Positions 49,914 through 59,408 of a stretch of DNA of 64,000 nt are shown piece by piece. Positions within the stretch are counted from its first letter, which is position 1, and each line of letters opens with the position of its first letter. The position numbers and the translations under genes were made by a program. Origin of the DNA: Thermodesulfobacteriota bacterium (GTDB lineage: Bacteria; Desulfobacterota_D; UBA1144; Nemesobacterales; UBA2774); NCBI GenBank assembly GCA_041390285.1, contig JAWKQD010000003.1:91019-155018 (forward strand), written 5' to 3'. The notes under the pieces were generated by a model. It was given only the letters and a program-made list of their open reading frames with translations. It was not told where the DNA came from and searched no databases.

Positions 49914-49942
49914 AATATATAAATAGCAGCCTGAAATGTCAA
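49914..49942 (-). promoter_or_regulatory. Sigma70-like promoter of paralog 2
   Basis: The minus strand reads TTGACA-17 nt-TATATT, then about 30 nt of leader with GAGGTG before the ATG. No palindrome here. Confidence 0.45.
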
Positions 49943-49996
49943 ACCGAGGCGCCCTGTGGGGGCTTTGTGAAAAATGCTTTTTAGAGGGGTGGGGCG

Positions 49997-50581
49997 TCAG
50001 CCCCCCGATCTTTCCCGTGCAAGCTCGATGAAATTCCGGAGTATGTCCTTCCCGTGCTTTGTGAGTATGGATTCAGGGTGATACTGCACCCCTTCCATAA
50101 GGTGCTCTTTATGCCTTATCCCCATTATCTCCCCTTCGTCGGTCCACGCCGAAACCTCGAATTCATCCGGGAGCGTCCCCTTCTCTATAAGCAGCGAATG
50201 GTACCTCGTCGCCTCGAACGGGTTCGGAATATCCTTGTATATACCCTTCTCGTCGTGTCTTATGGGCGACGTCTTCCCATGGAGGAGCCTCCCCGCGCGC
50301 ACTATCTCGGCCCCGTAGGCGTACGCCATCGACTGGTGCCCGAGACAAACGCCCAGTATCGGCGTCCGCCCGGCGAACTCCTTTATCACGTCTACCGAAA
50401 CCCCGGCCTCCTTCGGCGTGCACGGCCCGGGCGAAACGACTATTATCTCGGGGCTCATCTTTCCCACGTCCTCGAGGCTTATCTTGTCGTTGCGGGCTAC
50501 GGTAACCTCTTCCCCGAGCTCCGAAAGATAATGGACCAGGTTATAGGTGAAGGAATCGTAGTTGTCTATCATCAGTATCAT
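49997..50581 (-). CDS. trpG: Anthranilate synthase component II / aminodeoxychorismate synthase glutamine amidotransferase
   Basis: 194 aa. MILMIDNYDSFTYNLVHYL, ILGVCLGHQ (catalytic Cys), VQYHPES. Confidence 0.9.
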   Translation of the reverse strand: MILMIDNYDSFTYNLVHYLSELGEEVTVARNDKISLEDVGKMSPEIIVVSPGPCTPKEAGVSVDVIKEFAGRTPILGVCLGHQSMAYAYGAEIVRAGRLLHGKTSPIRHDEKGIYKDIPNPFEATRYHSLLIEKGTLPDEFEVSAWTDEGEIMGIRHKEHLMEGVQYHPESILTKHGKDILRNFIELARERSGG

Positions 50582-50599
50582 GACATTTCTCCGTCCGGG

Positions 50600-52082
50600 T
50601 CAGAGGCCCGTCTTCGCGACCTCTATGGCCCTCACGAGGGCCTTCACCTTGTTCACCGACTCCTGGTACTCCTTCTCAGGGTCCGAATCCGCCACAATGC
50701 CTGCCCCGGCCTGTACGTAAATCTCGCCGTCCTTTATTACGAATGTTCTTATGGTTATGCAGGTATCCATGTTGCCGGAAAAGCTGAAATATCCAACCGC
50801 GCCGCCGTACGCGCCGCGCCGCGATGGCTCCATCTCCTCTATAATCTCCATCGCTCTTACCTTCGGCGCACCGGATAGCGTCCCCGCAGGGAAGGTCGCC
50901 TTTACGACGTCCAGCGCGTCCCTGTCCGGGCGGAGCCTGGCTATCACATTCGACACTATGTGCATAACGTGCGAGTACTTCTCGACGATCATAAGCTCAT
51001 CCACCTTCACGGTGCCGGTCTCGGCCACCCTCCCGAGGTCGTTCCTCGCAAGGTCTACGAGCATTATATGCTCGGCCCGCTCCTTGGGGTCGGCCAAAAG
51101 CTCGTCTTCGAGCTCCGAGTCCTCGGCCTCGTTCTTCCCCCTGGGCCGCGTCCCCGCTATTGGCCTGCTCTCGACCATTCCGTCCTCTACCCTCACCATC
51201 ACCTCGGGCGAGGATCCCACGAGCGTTTCCGAATCCGTTTTCAGGTAAAACATGTACGGCGAGGGGTTTAAAACCCTGAGTGCCCTGTAGAGATCGAATC
51301 TCGTCCACGTCCAGCTTCGTCTTCCATCTCTGCGAGATGACAGCCTGAATAATGTCGCCAGCGTTTATGTATTCCTTCGTTTTCTCTACGGCTTTTCTAT
51401 AATCCTCGGGCCTGAAGTTTGACACCAGCTCCGTCGCTGCGCCGCCTTCGGCGTTGCCGTTCCTCTCGTAATATTCGCCAGAGGGCTTTCTCAGCCTCCC
51501 GATTATAGTATCTATCTTTTCGAGCGCCGCGTCGTATGCGTCCCCGGCCTTCCCGGCGTCGGGCACGAACGCGTTGCATATGATCTTTATCTTGTGGTTG
51601 ACGTTATCGAAGACAAGCACCGTATCCGTTATCATGAAAAGCGAATCCCAGAGCCCGAGCTCGTCCTTCTTGGTCTCCGGCAGGTCCTCGAAGAACCTCA
51701 CCATGTCGTAGCAGAAATACCCCACCGCGCCGCCGTGAAATCTCGGGAGCTCTTCCTCGATAACGGGCTTGTAACGGGACAGAAGCTCCCTAAGGGCGTC
51801 CGTCGGGTCTCCGCTCTTCTTCGTCGTTACGCCGTCCTCTATAATTTCTATGTCCCGCCCTCGAGATCTTATAATCACCGAAGGCTCTGCCCCTAAAAAG
51901 CTATACCTTCCCCACTTCTCGCCGCCCTCCACGCTTTCGAGAAGGAATGCAAAATCGCCCGTCTCTATTTTTTTAAACGCCGAAACGGGGGTATCGAAAT
52001 CTGCGAGCACCTCCCTCCATACGGGGACGAGGTTGCCCTTTTCGAGTTTCTTTTTGAACTCCTCAAATGTCGGGAAAATCAT
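50600..52082 (-). CDS. trpE: Anthranilate synthase component I with one apparent frameshift near 51290
   Basis: N-terminal part in ORF 50997..52154: [39 protein letters not shown]...[16 protein letters not shown]-terminal part in ORF 50600..51253: [17 protein letters not shown]...[17 protein letters not shown]...[10 protein letters not shown]. Confidence 0.9.
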
Positions 52083-52090
52083 CGAAACTA

Positions 52091-52118
52091 AGAATATAAG
52101 GCGGCCTGTCAAAGTCAA
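52091..52118 (-). promoter_or_regulatory. Sigma70-like promoter abutting the trpE start codon
   Basis: The minus strand reads TTGACT-16 nt-TATTCT-tagtttcg-ATG, with no Shine-Dalgarno. Confidence 0.35.
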
Positions 52119-52264
52119 GAAACGGTGGGGAGAAATACGGCGCCCTCTCCACACCTCTCATCTGCCCCACTCTTCAAAACCGGCCATATACTTATAAGTC
52201 TCTTCTTGCCTTTGGGCGATTTTAGGCAATAGTATTGAACCCCATAAAGCTAAAGGTTCATTAG

Positions 52265-53635
52265 ATGAAAACGATAAACCCCGGCATATTCCGCGAATAC
52301 GATATAAGAGGCATAGTAGACGCCGACCTCGACGAAGAGGTCTACGAAACGATAGGCAAGGCATTCGGCACATACGTAAAGGACCACGGCGGAAAGGTCC
52401 TGTCCCTCGGCCGCGACTGCCGGCTAAGCTCGCCCGACTATGCCCGCGCGATGACGAGGGGAATAACTTCTACTGGCATAGACGTCGTGGACATAGGCAT
52501 GGTAACGACGCCCATGCTCTATTTCTCCCTCTACAACCTTCCCGTTGACGGCGGTGTCATGATAACAGCCAGCCACAACCCCGGGGAATATAACGGCATA
52601 AAGCTCTGCCTCGGCCGCGACTCCGTCTTCGGGGACGAGATTCAAAAGATAAGAAAGATCGCCGACGCCGGCGAGTTCCATACGGGCTCCGGCACGGCGA
52701 GCGAAACGTCGGTCGAAGAGAAATACGTCGAATTCCTTAAATCCAACGTCGAGATAAAACCAGGCCTCCGCCTGGCGGTCGATTACGGGAACGGCATGGT
52801 CGGGATCATCGGTCCCCGCGTGTTTGGGGAGTTCGGCTGCGACGTAAAAGAGTTCTACGCCACACCCGACGGCACGTTCCCGAATCACCATCCGGATCCT
52901 ACGGTCGAGGAGAACGTCGCCGAGCTCGCAGCGACGGTTGCCGGTGAAGGTTTCAGCCTCGGCATAGGTTTTGACGGCGACGGCGACAGGGTAGGAGTCG
53001 TTGACGGCGACGGCAGCATAATATGGGGCGACATGCTCGTCCTCATTTACGCGAGGGACGTCCTATCCCGTAAAAAAGGGGCCGAGATAATCGGCGACGT
53101 CAAATGCTCGAACCGCCTCTTCGAGGGTATCGAGGCCGCGGGCGGGAAGCCCGTCATGTGGAAGACCGGTCACTCACTCATAAAGAACAAGATGAAAAAG
53201 GACGGCGCGGCGCTCGCGGGCGAGATGAGCGGCCACATATTCTTCGCCGACAAGTTCTTCGGGTACGACGACGCCCTTTACGCGGCCCTTCGCCTTCTAG
53301 AAATAATCTCCTCCACCGGAAAGACGATCACTCAGTTACTCGAAGGCGTCCCGCCGGCGGTATCGACACCCGAAATAAGGGTCGATTGTCCCGAGGATAT
53401 AAAATTCCCCGCCGTCGAGCTCGTGAAGAAAAAGCTCGGCGAGAAATATAAGGTAATCGACATAGACGGTGCGCGGATAGAATTCCCCGACGGGTGGGGG
53501 CTCATACGGGCGTCGAATACGCAGCCCGCACTGGTTCTCAGGTTCGAGGCGCTGGGTGAAGAAAGAATGGCCGAGATTCGTTCGATTATCGAGCAGGCGC
53601 TCGCTTCGGCTATGGAAGAGTTATCCGGGAATTAA
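52265..53635 (+). CDS. Phosphomannomutase/phosphoglucomutase
   Basis: Intact 456 aa. ITASHNPGEYNGIK (active-site Ser), GIGFDGDGDRVGVVD (metal loop), GEMSGH. Confidence 0.9.
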   Translation: MKTINPGIFREYDIRGIVDADLDEEVYETIGKAFGTYVKDHGGKVLSLGRDCRLSSPDYARAMTRGITSTGIDVVDIGMVTTPMLYFSLYNLPVDGGVMITASHNPGEYNGIKLCLGRDSVFGDEIQKIRKIADAGEFHTGSGTASETSVEEKYVEFLKSNVEIKPGLRLAVDYGNGMVGIIGPRVFGEFGCDVKEFYATPDGTFPNHHPDPTVEENVAELAATVAGEGFSLGIGFDGDGDRVGVVDGDGSIIWGDMLVLIYARDVLSRKKGAEIIGDVKCSNRLFEGIEAAGGKPVMWKTGHSLIKNKMKKDGAALAGEMSGHIFFADKFFGYDDALYAALRLLEIISSTGKTITQLLEGVPPAVSTPEIRVDCPEDIKFPAVELVKKKLGEKYKVIDIDGARIEFPDGWGLIRASNTQPALVLRFEALGEERMAEIRSIIEQALASAMEELSGN

Positions 53636-53640
53636 AGCCG

Positions 53641-53868
53641 TCAGATGACGTTTTCCAAAACGTCCCTGTCCTCGGCCTGATTCTTTAAAGAGTAGTAAAT
53701 CCTTTCGAAGTCCTGGCGCGGTATTACGCCTTTCTGGAAGAGGGCCCCGACGAGCGTCCAGGTAAAGCTCTTGTCGTCTATCTCCACCCCGCTTTTTTTC
53801 AGGATCACCAGGATCGCGTCCACGGCCTCCTGCGCCGAGAACTCCCCGTACTCATCCCTGAAATTCAT
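53641..53868 (-). CDS. Small hypothetical protein (75 aa) with its own promoter and a strong SD
   Basis: Internal start MNFRDEYGEFSAQEAVDAILVILKK... preceded by AAGGAGGG. The longer ORF-track N-terminus is Arg/Gly-rich and overlaps the nitrilase 3' end. Confidence 0.5.
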   Translation of the reverse strand: MNFRDEYGEFSAQEAVDAILVILKKSGVEIDDKSFTWTLVGALFQKGVIPRQDFERIYYSLKNQAEDRDVLENVI

Positions 53869-53917
53869 CACCCGACCCTCCTTTGCATGGCCCACAAAAA
53901 TTCTCCCTAGCAATTGG

Positions 53918-53946
53918 TTTATATAACGTTTCGATAGTAATGTCAA
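53918..53946 (-). promoter_or_regulatory. Sigma70-like promoter of the 75-aa ORF
   Basis: The minus strand reads TTGACA-17 nt-TATAAA, then about 45 nt of leader with AAGGAGGG. Confidence 0.4.
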
Positions 53947-54036
53947 GGACGATAAATATAGAAAAGTATCCTGTTTAGGCTGTAAAACGGGCGGATAAGG
54001 GGGTAACTTTCGTGATAGCCGCGCGGCCGAAACGTC

Positions 54037-54057
54037 GTAGAAGGAGGCCTCTTCTAC
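54037..54057 (-). terminator. Hairpin overlapping the stop codon of the 54054..55214 nitrilase; a weak terminator candidate
   Basis: The minus strand reads GTAGAAG-AGGCCTC-CTTCTAC, followed by GACGTTTCGG (a poor U-tract). Confidence 0.3.
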
Positions 54058-55214
54058 GCGTCCGGCCGCCCGGCCGCCCGGAGCGCATTCAATTCTTCCA
54101 AAAGCGCCTCCAGGCTCTCTATTTCTATTTCGTACCTCTCCGAAATCCTTCTCAGCTCGCCCGGCGGAATGTCGGCTGCCGGGTCCGCGCTTTCTCTCAT
54201 CGGCGCTTCCGGCTCCCATCCCTCGCTTCTAAGCTCGAGCCGTGCGATGTCCCACCTCGAATAATGCCCAAGCGAATCGAAAACGGCCTTCACGGCCTTT
54301 ATCTGGTTCGCGTAACATTCAGCGTATAGTATTGCGTCTTTCTCGAAATTCGGCTCTGCCAGGTACCTTCCCGCCGGGTTTACTATCGAGCTCCCCCCGC
54401 AGGCCCATCCGTAATTTATATGATCGCCGTCCCTAATGTAATGCCACTTCTCCGGAAAATCGTCCGAATCCAGGTACCCGCATCCGCTCAAAACGAATGC
54501 CCCGGCCTCGAACGCGTGGACTTTAATCAGAGACTGAAGGTTGCACATCGCTCCCCCCGGGCTCGTGTCCGGATCGAGGAGGCTTTCGGTTCCCCTCTTC
54601 CAGTTCCCCGGCCAGACGGCTACATGAAAGTCCTCGCCCCGGTGTATCATGGCCGCCCGCAGCAGCGTCATGTGGTTCTCCCAGCATATGAGCCCGCCGA
54701 TGCGCCCTATATCCGTGTCGAAAACCCTTATGTCCCTTCCGTCCCCCTTTCCCCAATAGAGCCTCTCTGTATAGGTGGGCATCGTCTTTCTGTGCCTTCC
54801 CAGCACCTCGCCGTCCTTTCCGATGAATAAAAGCGTGTTATAAACGGTCCTGCTGCCGGGCCTGTCGTCGAGCTCGTTACACCCCATGACAACGTAAGCC
54901 CCCGCCTCCTTCGCGGCCTCCCCGAGCGCCCTCGTGTCCTCGCCCGGTATGGAAATGGAGTTATCCTGAAGGGCTATCATGTAGTCCGTCCACTCGTGGG
55001 CCGGCGTTTCGTATCCGACTGTATAGTAAGCTGGGTAAACGGGTATGAAGGCTTCCGAGAACGCGACCAGCTCGGCCTTGTTCCTGCCTGCCTCCCTTAT
55101 GAGGGCGCATGCCTTCTCGACGGTCCTCTCTCTGTCCATGAAGACAGGGGACGCCTGAACTACGGCTACCTTTACGCTTTCCCGTCCGCCGAGGGGCCTG
55201 TTTCTCGCTTCCAT
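54054..55214 (-). CDS. Nitrilase-family carbon-nitrogen hydrolase with an acidic, helical-looking ~60-aa C-terminal extension
   Basis: Intact 386 aa. VKVAVVQASPVFMD, LVAFSEAFIPVYP (Glu), HRKTMP (Lys), GGLICWENHM (Cys). Tail: EAPMRESADPAADIPPGELRRISERYEIEIESLEALLEELNALRAAGRPDA. Confidence 0.85.
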   Translation of the reverse strand: MEARNRPLGGRESVKVAVVQASPVFMDRERTVEKACALIREAGRNKAELVAFSEAFIPVYPAYYTVGYETPAHEWTDYMIALQDNSISIPGEDTRALGEAAKEAGAYVVMGCNELDDRPGSRTVYNTLLFIGKDGEVLGRHRKTMPTYTERLYWGKGDGRDIRVFDTDIGRIGGLICWENHMTLLRAAMIHRGEDFHVAVWPGNWKRGTESLLDPDTSPGGAMCNLQSLIKVHAFEAGAFVLSGCGYLDSDDFPEKWHYIRDGDHINYGWACGGSSIVNPAGRYLAEPNFEKDAILYAECYANQIKAVKAVFDSLGHYSRWDIARLELRSEGWEPEAPMRESADPAADIPPGELRRISERYEIEIESLEALLEELNALRAAGRPDA

Positions 55215-55224
55215 ACGATGCGCC

Positions 55225-55623
55225 TCACGGCGTGACTATCGAGCCTCCGCCCCCGGGGCCGCCCTGTCTCGACATCTGCTCCTGTGTCTTGAGAGCCCTT
55301 CTTTCGATAAGGCTCAAAAGCCTATTCTTGAAGTCCTCTTCGTATGCGCAGACGGAAGGGATGATATACCCAAGGAGTGCGATCTGAAGAAAATACTCCG
55401 TATTGGCCTTCAGGTAATCGTCCTCGAGCCTGTTTCCGTATACCTGCGACAGATTCGAATATATGTTATGCCCGAGCTCGCTCGAAACCTCCGTTATTCC
55501 CTTAAGCCCGCCCGACTGCTGGTTATACGAAACGCCCAGGTTAAAGGCCATAAGTATTGAGCTCTGGAGCTGTGTCAGCTCCTGGTTCTGTCCCGCTCCC
55601 TGCGGGTTTCCCTCATCAGACAT
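55225..55623 (-). CDS. Hypothetical protein (132 aa): Gln/Asn-rich N-terminus, Gly-rich C-terminus
   Basis: AGGAGG before MSDEGNPQGAGQNQELTQLQSS. Ends QGGPGGGGSIVTP. The stop lies 10 nt before the nitrilase ATG on the same strand. Confidence 0.5.
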   Translation of the reverse strand: MSDEGNPQGAGQNQELTQLQSSILMAFNLGVSYNQQSGGLKGITEVSSELGHNIYSNLSQVYGNRLEDDYLKANTEYFLQIALLGYIIPSVCAYEEDFKNRLLSLIERRALKTQEQMSRQGGPGGGGSIVTP

Positions 55624-55763
55624 ATAACTGCCTCCTTTGATTTTGAAGCTTAATTCTAACACATATCGGGTTTAAAGCCGAAAGGCGGCCCGGGCCGTGC
55701 GTCATATAATATTTGCGTTGGGATTTTCGAAGGTGTAAAAGTATAGATAACGGAGGTAAATCC

Positions 55764-57454
55764 ATGGTCATGTCAGAGGGCGGCCGTCTCGTAGCGAGGA
55801 CGCTTCACGAGCTCGGCGTAACGGATATCTTCTCCCTCGCCGGGGGGCACATCAACCCTGTCTACAAGGCCTGTCCCGATTTCGGCATAAGGATAATCGA
55901 CACGCGGCACGAGCAGGGTGCGTCCATGGCCGCCGACGCCTACGGGAGGGCGGGCCGACGGCCCGGTGTCTGCCTCGTGACTGCAGGGCCCGGCTTCACG
56001 AACACCCTCACCGGCATGGCTGCCTCCCGGCTCGCGAACTCGCCGCTCCTCGTTATATCCGGCAGGTCGGGCGTCGAGGAAAACGACAGATTATCCCTAC
56101 AGGAAATAGACCAGGAGGGCATGGCGGCCCACGTCGCAAAGTGGGCGAAAACTGTCTACGACACCCGCCGCATTCCCGAGTACGTCTCGAACGCCTTCAG
56201 GGTGGCGTCCTCCGGAAGGCCGGGCCCCGTATACCTCGGCATGTCCTACGAAGTCCTCTATCCCTCCTGCCCCGAAGAAGAAATAATCCCCTACGACACC
56301 TCCATCCACTCCGTAAGAACGAGGCCCGCCGAGGACGCCGTGGCCGGTCTCGCGCGCCTCCTCGCCTCGGCTAAAAGGCCCGTCGCCATAGCCGGGAGCG
56401 GAGCGTGGTATTCACGCGCCGAGGAAGGCCTCCGCCGCTTCCTCGAAACAGTCCCCATGCCGCTCTTCACGTTAAACGCCGGCCGCGGAATAATCCCCGA
56501 CGGCGAGCCGCTCTCCTTCGGCGCGGCGGGCCCATCGGCCCCGAACGGCTTTCGGGAGATCACGCAGTCGGCAGACCTCGTTATCCTGATGGGCGTCCGG
56601 CTTTCGATATACATAGGCTTCGGGCGGACTTTAAACCCCGAAGCCAGTATAGCGCAGATAGACATGACGCCGGCGAGATAGGCAGGAACAGACCTGTGGA
56701 CCTCGGCATAGTCTCCGACCTCGGCGGCGCCCTATCCGCCGTCACCGAATACCTCTGTGAAAATGGGATAAAGCCCGACTACCAGGCTGGACGGAGGGCT
56801 GCAAGGCCATAAGGGATAAAAGGCTTAAGGAATCGGAGCAGCCTCAGGCTCCCGAAAAATCCCCCATGCATCCCGTCACGGTCGCCGCTGTCGTCGAGGA
56901 CGTCCTCGGCCCCGGCGGCACCCTTGTCGTCGATGGCGGCGATACGAGCATGGGTGGACGGGCACGTCCGCGTGCGGCGTCCCGGCGGCTACATCAAATG
57001 CGGCCCGCTCGGATGCATGGGCGTCGGCGTGCCGTTCGCCCTCGGCGCTAAGGCCGCCCGGCCGGACGAAAACGTTGCCCTCATAACCGGCGACGGCGCA
57101 GCCGGAATGAACTTCATGGAATTCGACACCGCCCTCCGTCACGGCCTCCTGTTCGTCGCCGTCGTCTGTAACGACTCCGCGTGGGGGATGACGAAGCACC
57201 AGATAGAAATAACCTACGGCGAGGGGGCGAAGGCCCCGGGCGTCGAGCTCGGACTCACGCCCTTCGACGAAATCCTGAAAGCCATGGGCGGCCACGGCGA
57301 GTTCGTCCAAAGGCCCGAAGACCTAGCGCCCGCGCTCGAAAGGGCATTCTCTTCGGGAAAACCCGCGCTCGTAAACGTAGTCTCCGACCCGGATGCCGTA
57401 AGCGGCGCGACCCGCGTGATTACCGAAATGATGATGTCCGCGAATAACAGGTAG
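55764..57454 (+). pseudogene. Thiamine diphosphate-dependent enzyme (acetolactate synthase / oxalyl-CoA decarboxylase / 2-hydroxyacyl-CoA lyase family); the frame is broken at least twice between about 56680 and 56920
   Basis: GGAGG before MVMSEGGRLVARTLHELGVTDIFSLAGGHINPVY...RHEQGASMAADAYGR...TAGPGFTN. C-terminal ORF 56924..57454 carries the ThDP-binding motif GDGAAGMNFMEFDTALRHGLLFVAVVCNDSAWG. Confidence 0.8.
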
Positions 57455-57468
57455 GCGTTTAAAAACGC

Positions 57469-59262
57469 TCAGGTCTTAAGGACCGCAAGAAAGGCCTCCT
57501 GCGGTATCTCTATCTTCCCGATCTGCTTAAGGCGCTTCTTTCCTTCCTTCTGCTTTTCGAGAAGCTTTCTCTTTCTGGTGACGTCCCCGCCGTAGCACTT
57601 CGCCGTAACGTCCTTTCTTACGGCCTTTACCGACTCGCGGGCGACGATCCTGTTCCCTATAGCGGCCTGTATCACTACCTCGTAGAGCTGCCTAGGTATA
57701 AGGCTCCGGAGCTTCGCTATAAGCTCCCTTCCCCTCTCGAACGACTTTTCCTTGTGGACGATTATCGAAAGCGCGTCCACCGGCTCGCCATTCACGAGGA
57801 CGTCGAGCTTAATAAGGTCCGACTGCAGATATCCCACGGGCTCGTAATCCATCGACGCATACCCGCGCGTGGCCGACTTCAGCTTGTCGTAAAAGTCGAA
57901 CACTATCTCGGAAAGCGGTATCTCGTACTCGATGATAACCCTGTCCTGCGTTATGTACCTTATATCCTTTTGTATGCCGCGCTTCTTTATGCAAAGGTCG
58001 AATATCGCCCCGAGATAGGTATTCGGCGTATGTATCGAGATCTTTACGTAAGGCTCCTCGATCATCTCTATCTTGTCGGGTGTCGGAAGCTCGCTCGGAT
58101 TGTTGACGTATACGACCTCTCCCTTCTTGTTCGTCGCCCTGTATACGACGGTCGGTGCCGTCGTAATCAGCTCCAGCTGAAACTCCCTTTCGAGCCTTTC
58201 CTTTACGATCTCCAGGTGCAGTAGCCCGAGGAATCCGCACCTGAACCCGAACCCGAGCGCTACCGACGTCTCCGCCTCGTATACGAGCGACGAGTCGTTA
58301 AGCCCCAGCTTTTCGAGCGCCTCCCTCAGCTTGTCGTAGTCCCCGGGGTCTATCGGATAAAGCCCGCTGAACACCATCGGCTTCATCACCCTGAATCCCG
58401 CAAGCGGCTTCTCCGTGGGTCTTTCCGCGCTCGTTATCGTGTCGCCGACCTTGGCCTCGCTTATGTCCTTTATCGACGCCGACACGAATCCCACCTCGCC
58501 GGTCCCGAGCTCGTCCACCTCTACCGCCATAGCCGAGAACACCCCGAGTTTTTTCACCTCGAAGGTCCTCCCAGTGGACATGAACTTTATCTCCTCGCCG
58601 AGTCTGATCTTCCCCTCGTACACCCTTATAAGCATCACCACGCCCTGGTACGAGTCGAACCAGCTGTCGAATATGAGGGATTTCAGCGGAAGGCCGGACT
58701 TGTCCTCGGGAGCGGGTATCCGCTTCACTATGGCTTCCAGGATATCCTTCGTCCCGGTCCCCACCTTGGCGCTCGCCGGTATCGCGTCCTCGGCGCTTAT
58801 TCCTATAACGTCCTCTATTTCTTTTTTGACCCTCTCCGGCTCTGCCGAGGGGAGGTCTATCTTGTTTATAACCGGTATAAGCTCGAGCCCCTCGTCGGCG
58901 GCAAGGTATGCGTTCGCGACGGTCTGCGCTTCGACTCCCTGCGACGCGTCTACAACCAAAAGAGCTCCCTCGCAAGCCATGAGGCTCCTCGACACTTCGT
59001 AGCTGAAATCCACGTGCCCGGGGGTGTCTATGAGGTTAAACTCGTACTTTATCCCGTCGTCGGCCGTGTAATAGATCCTCACGGCCTGCGCCTTTATGGT
59101 TATGCCACGTTCCCTTTCGAGGTCCATCTTGTCGAGGAACTGCTCGGTCCTCTCCCGCTCGGACAGCGTCCCGGTGAATTCGAGCAGCCTGTCCGCGAGC
59201 GTGGATTTCCCATGGTCCACGTGCGCAATGATAGAAAAATTTCTTATGTACTTGGGTTCCAT
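57469..59262 (-). CDS. lepA: Translation elongation factor 4
   Basis: Intact 597 aa. [35 protein letters not shown], and the C-terminal LepA domain ...[31 protein letters not shown]. Confidence 0.95.
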   Translation of the reverse strand: MEPKYIRNFSIIAHVDHGKSTLADRLLEFTGTLSERERTEQFLDKMDLERERGITIKAQAVRIYYTADDGIKYEFNLIDTPGHVDFSYEVSRSLMACEGALLVVDASQGVEAQTVANAYLAADEGLELIPVINKIDLPSAEPERVKKEIEDVIGISAEDAIPASAKVGTGTKDILEAIVKRIPAPEDKSGLPLKSLIFDSWFDSYQGVVMLIRVYEGKIRLGEEIKFMSTGRTFEVKKLGVFSAMAVEVDELGTGEVGFVSASIKDISEAKVGDTITSAERPTEKPLAGFRVMKPMVFSGLYPIDPGDYDKLREALEKLGLNDSSLVYEAETSVALGFGFRCGFLGLLHLEIVKERLEREFQLELITTAPTVVYRATNKKGEVVYVNNPSELPTPDKIEMIEEPYVKISIHTPNTYLGAIFDLCIKKRGIQKDIRYITQDRVIIEYEIPLSEIVFDFYDKLKSATRGYASMDYEPVGYLQSDLIKLDVLVNGEPVDALSIIVHKEKSFERGRELIAKLRSLIPRQLYEVVIQAAIGNRIVARESVKAVRKDVTAKCYGGDVTRKRKLLEKQKEGKKRLKQIGKIEIPQEAFLAVLKT

Positions 59263-59408
59263 AAAATTGAGCTGAGAACAGCCGCCGTCAGCGGCGGAAA
59301 AGAGCTAGTATATAGGAAAAAGGAGTATATTCAACCGGAGGTTGGAAATGCGTCCAAACTCTGCCCCAAATGTAAGGGCCGAATCCCCTTCGGACCAAGG
59401 TTCAGGTA

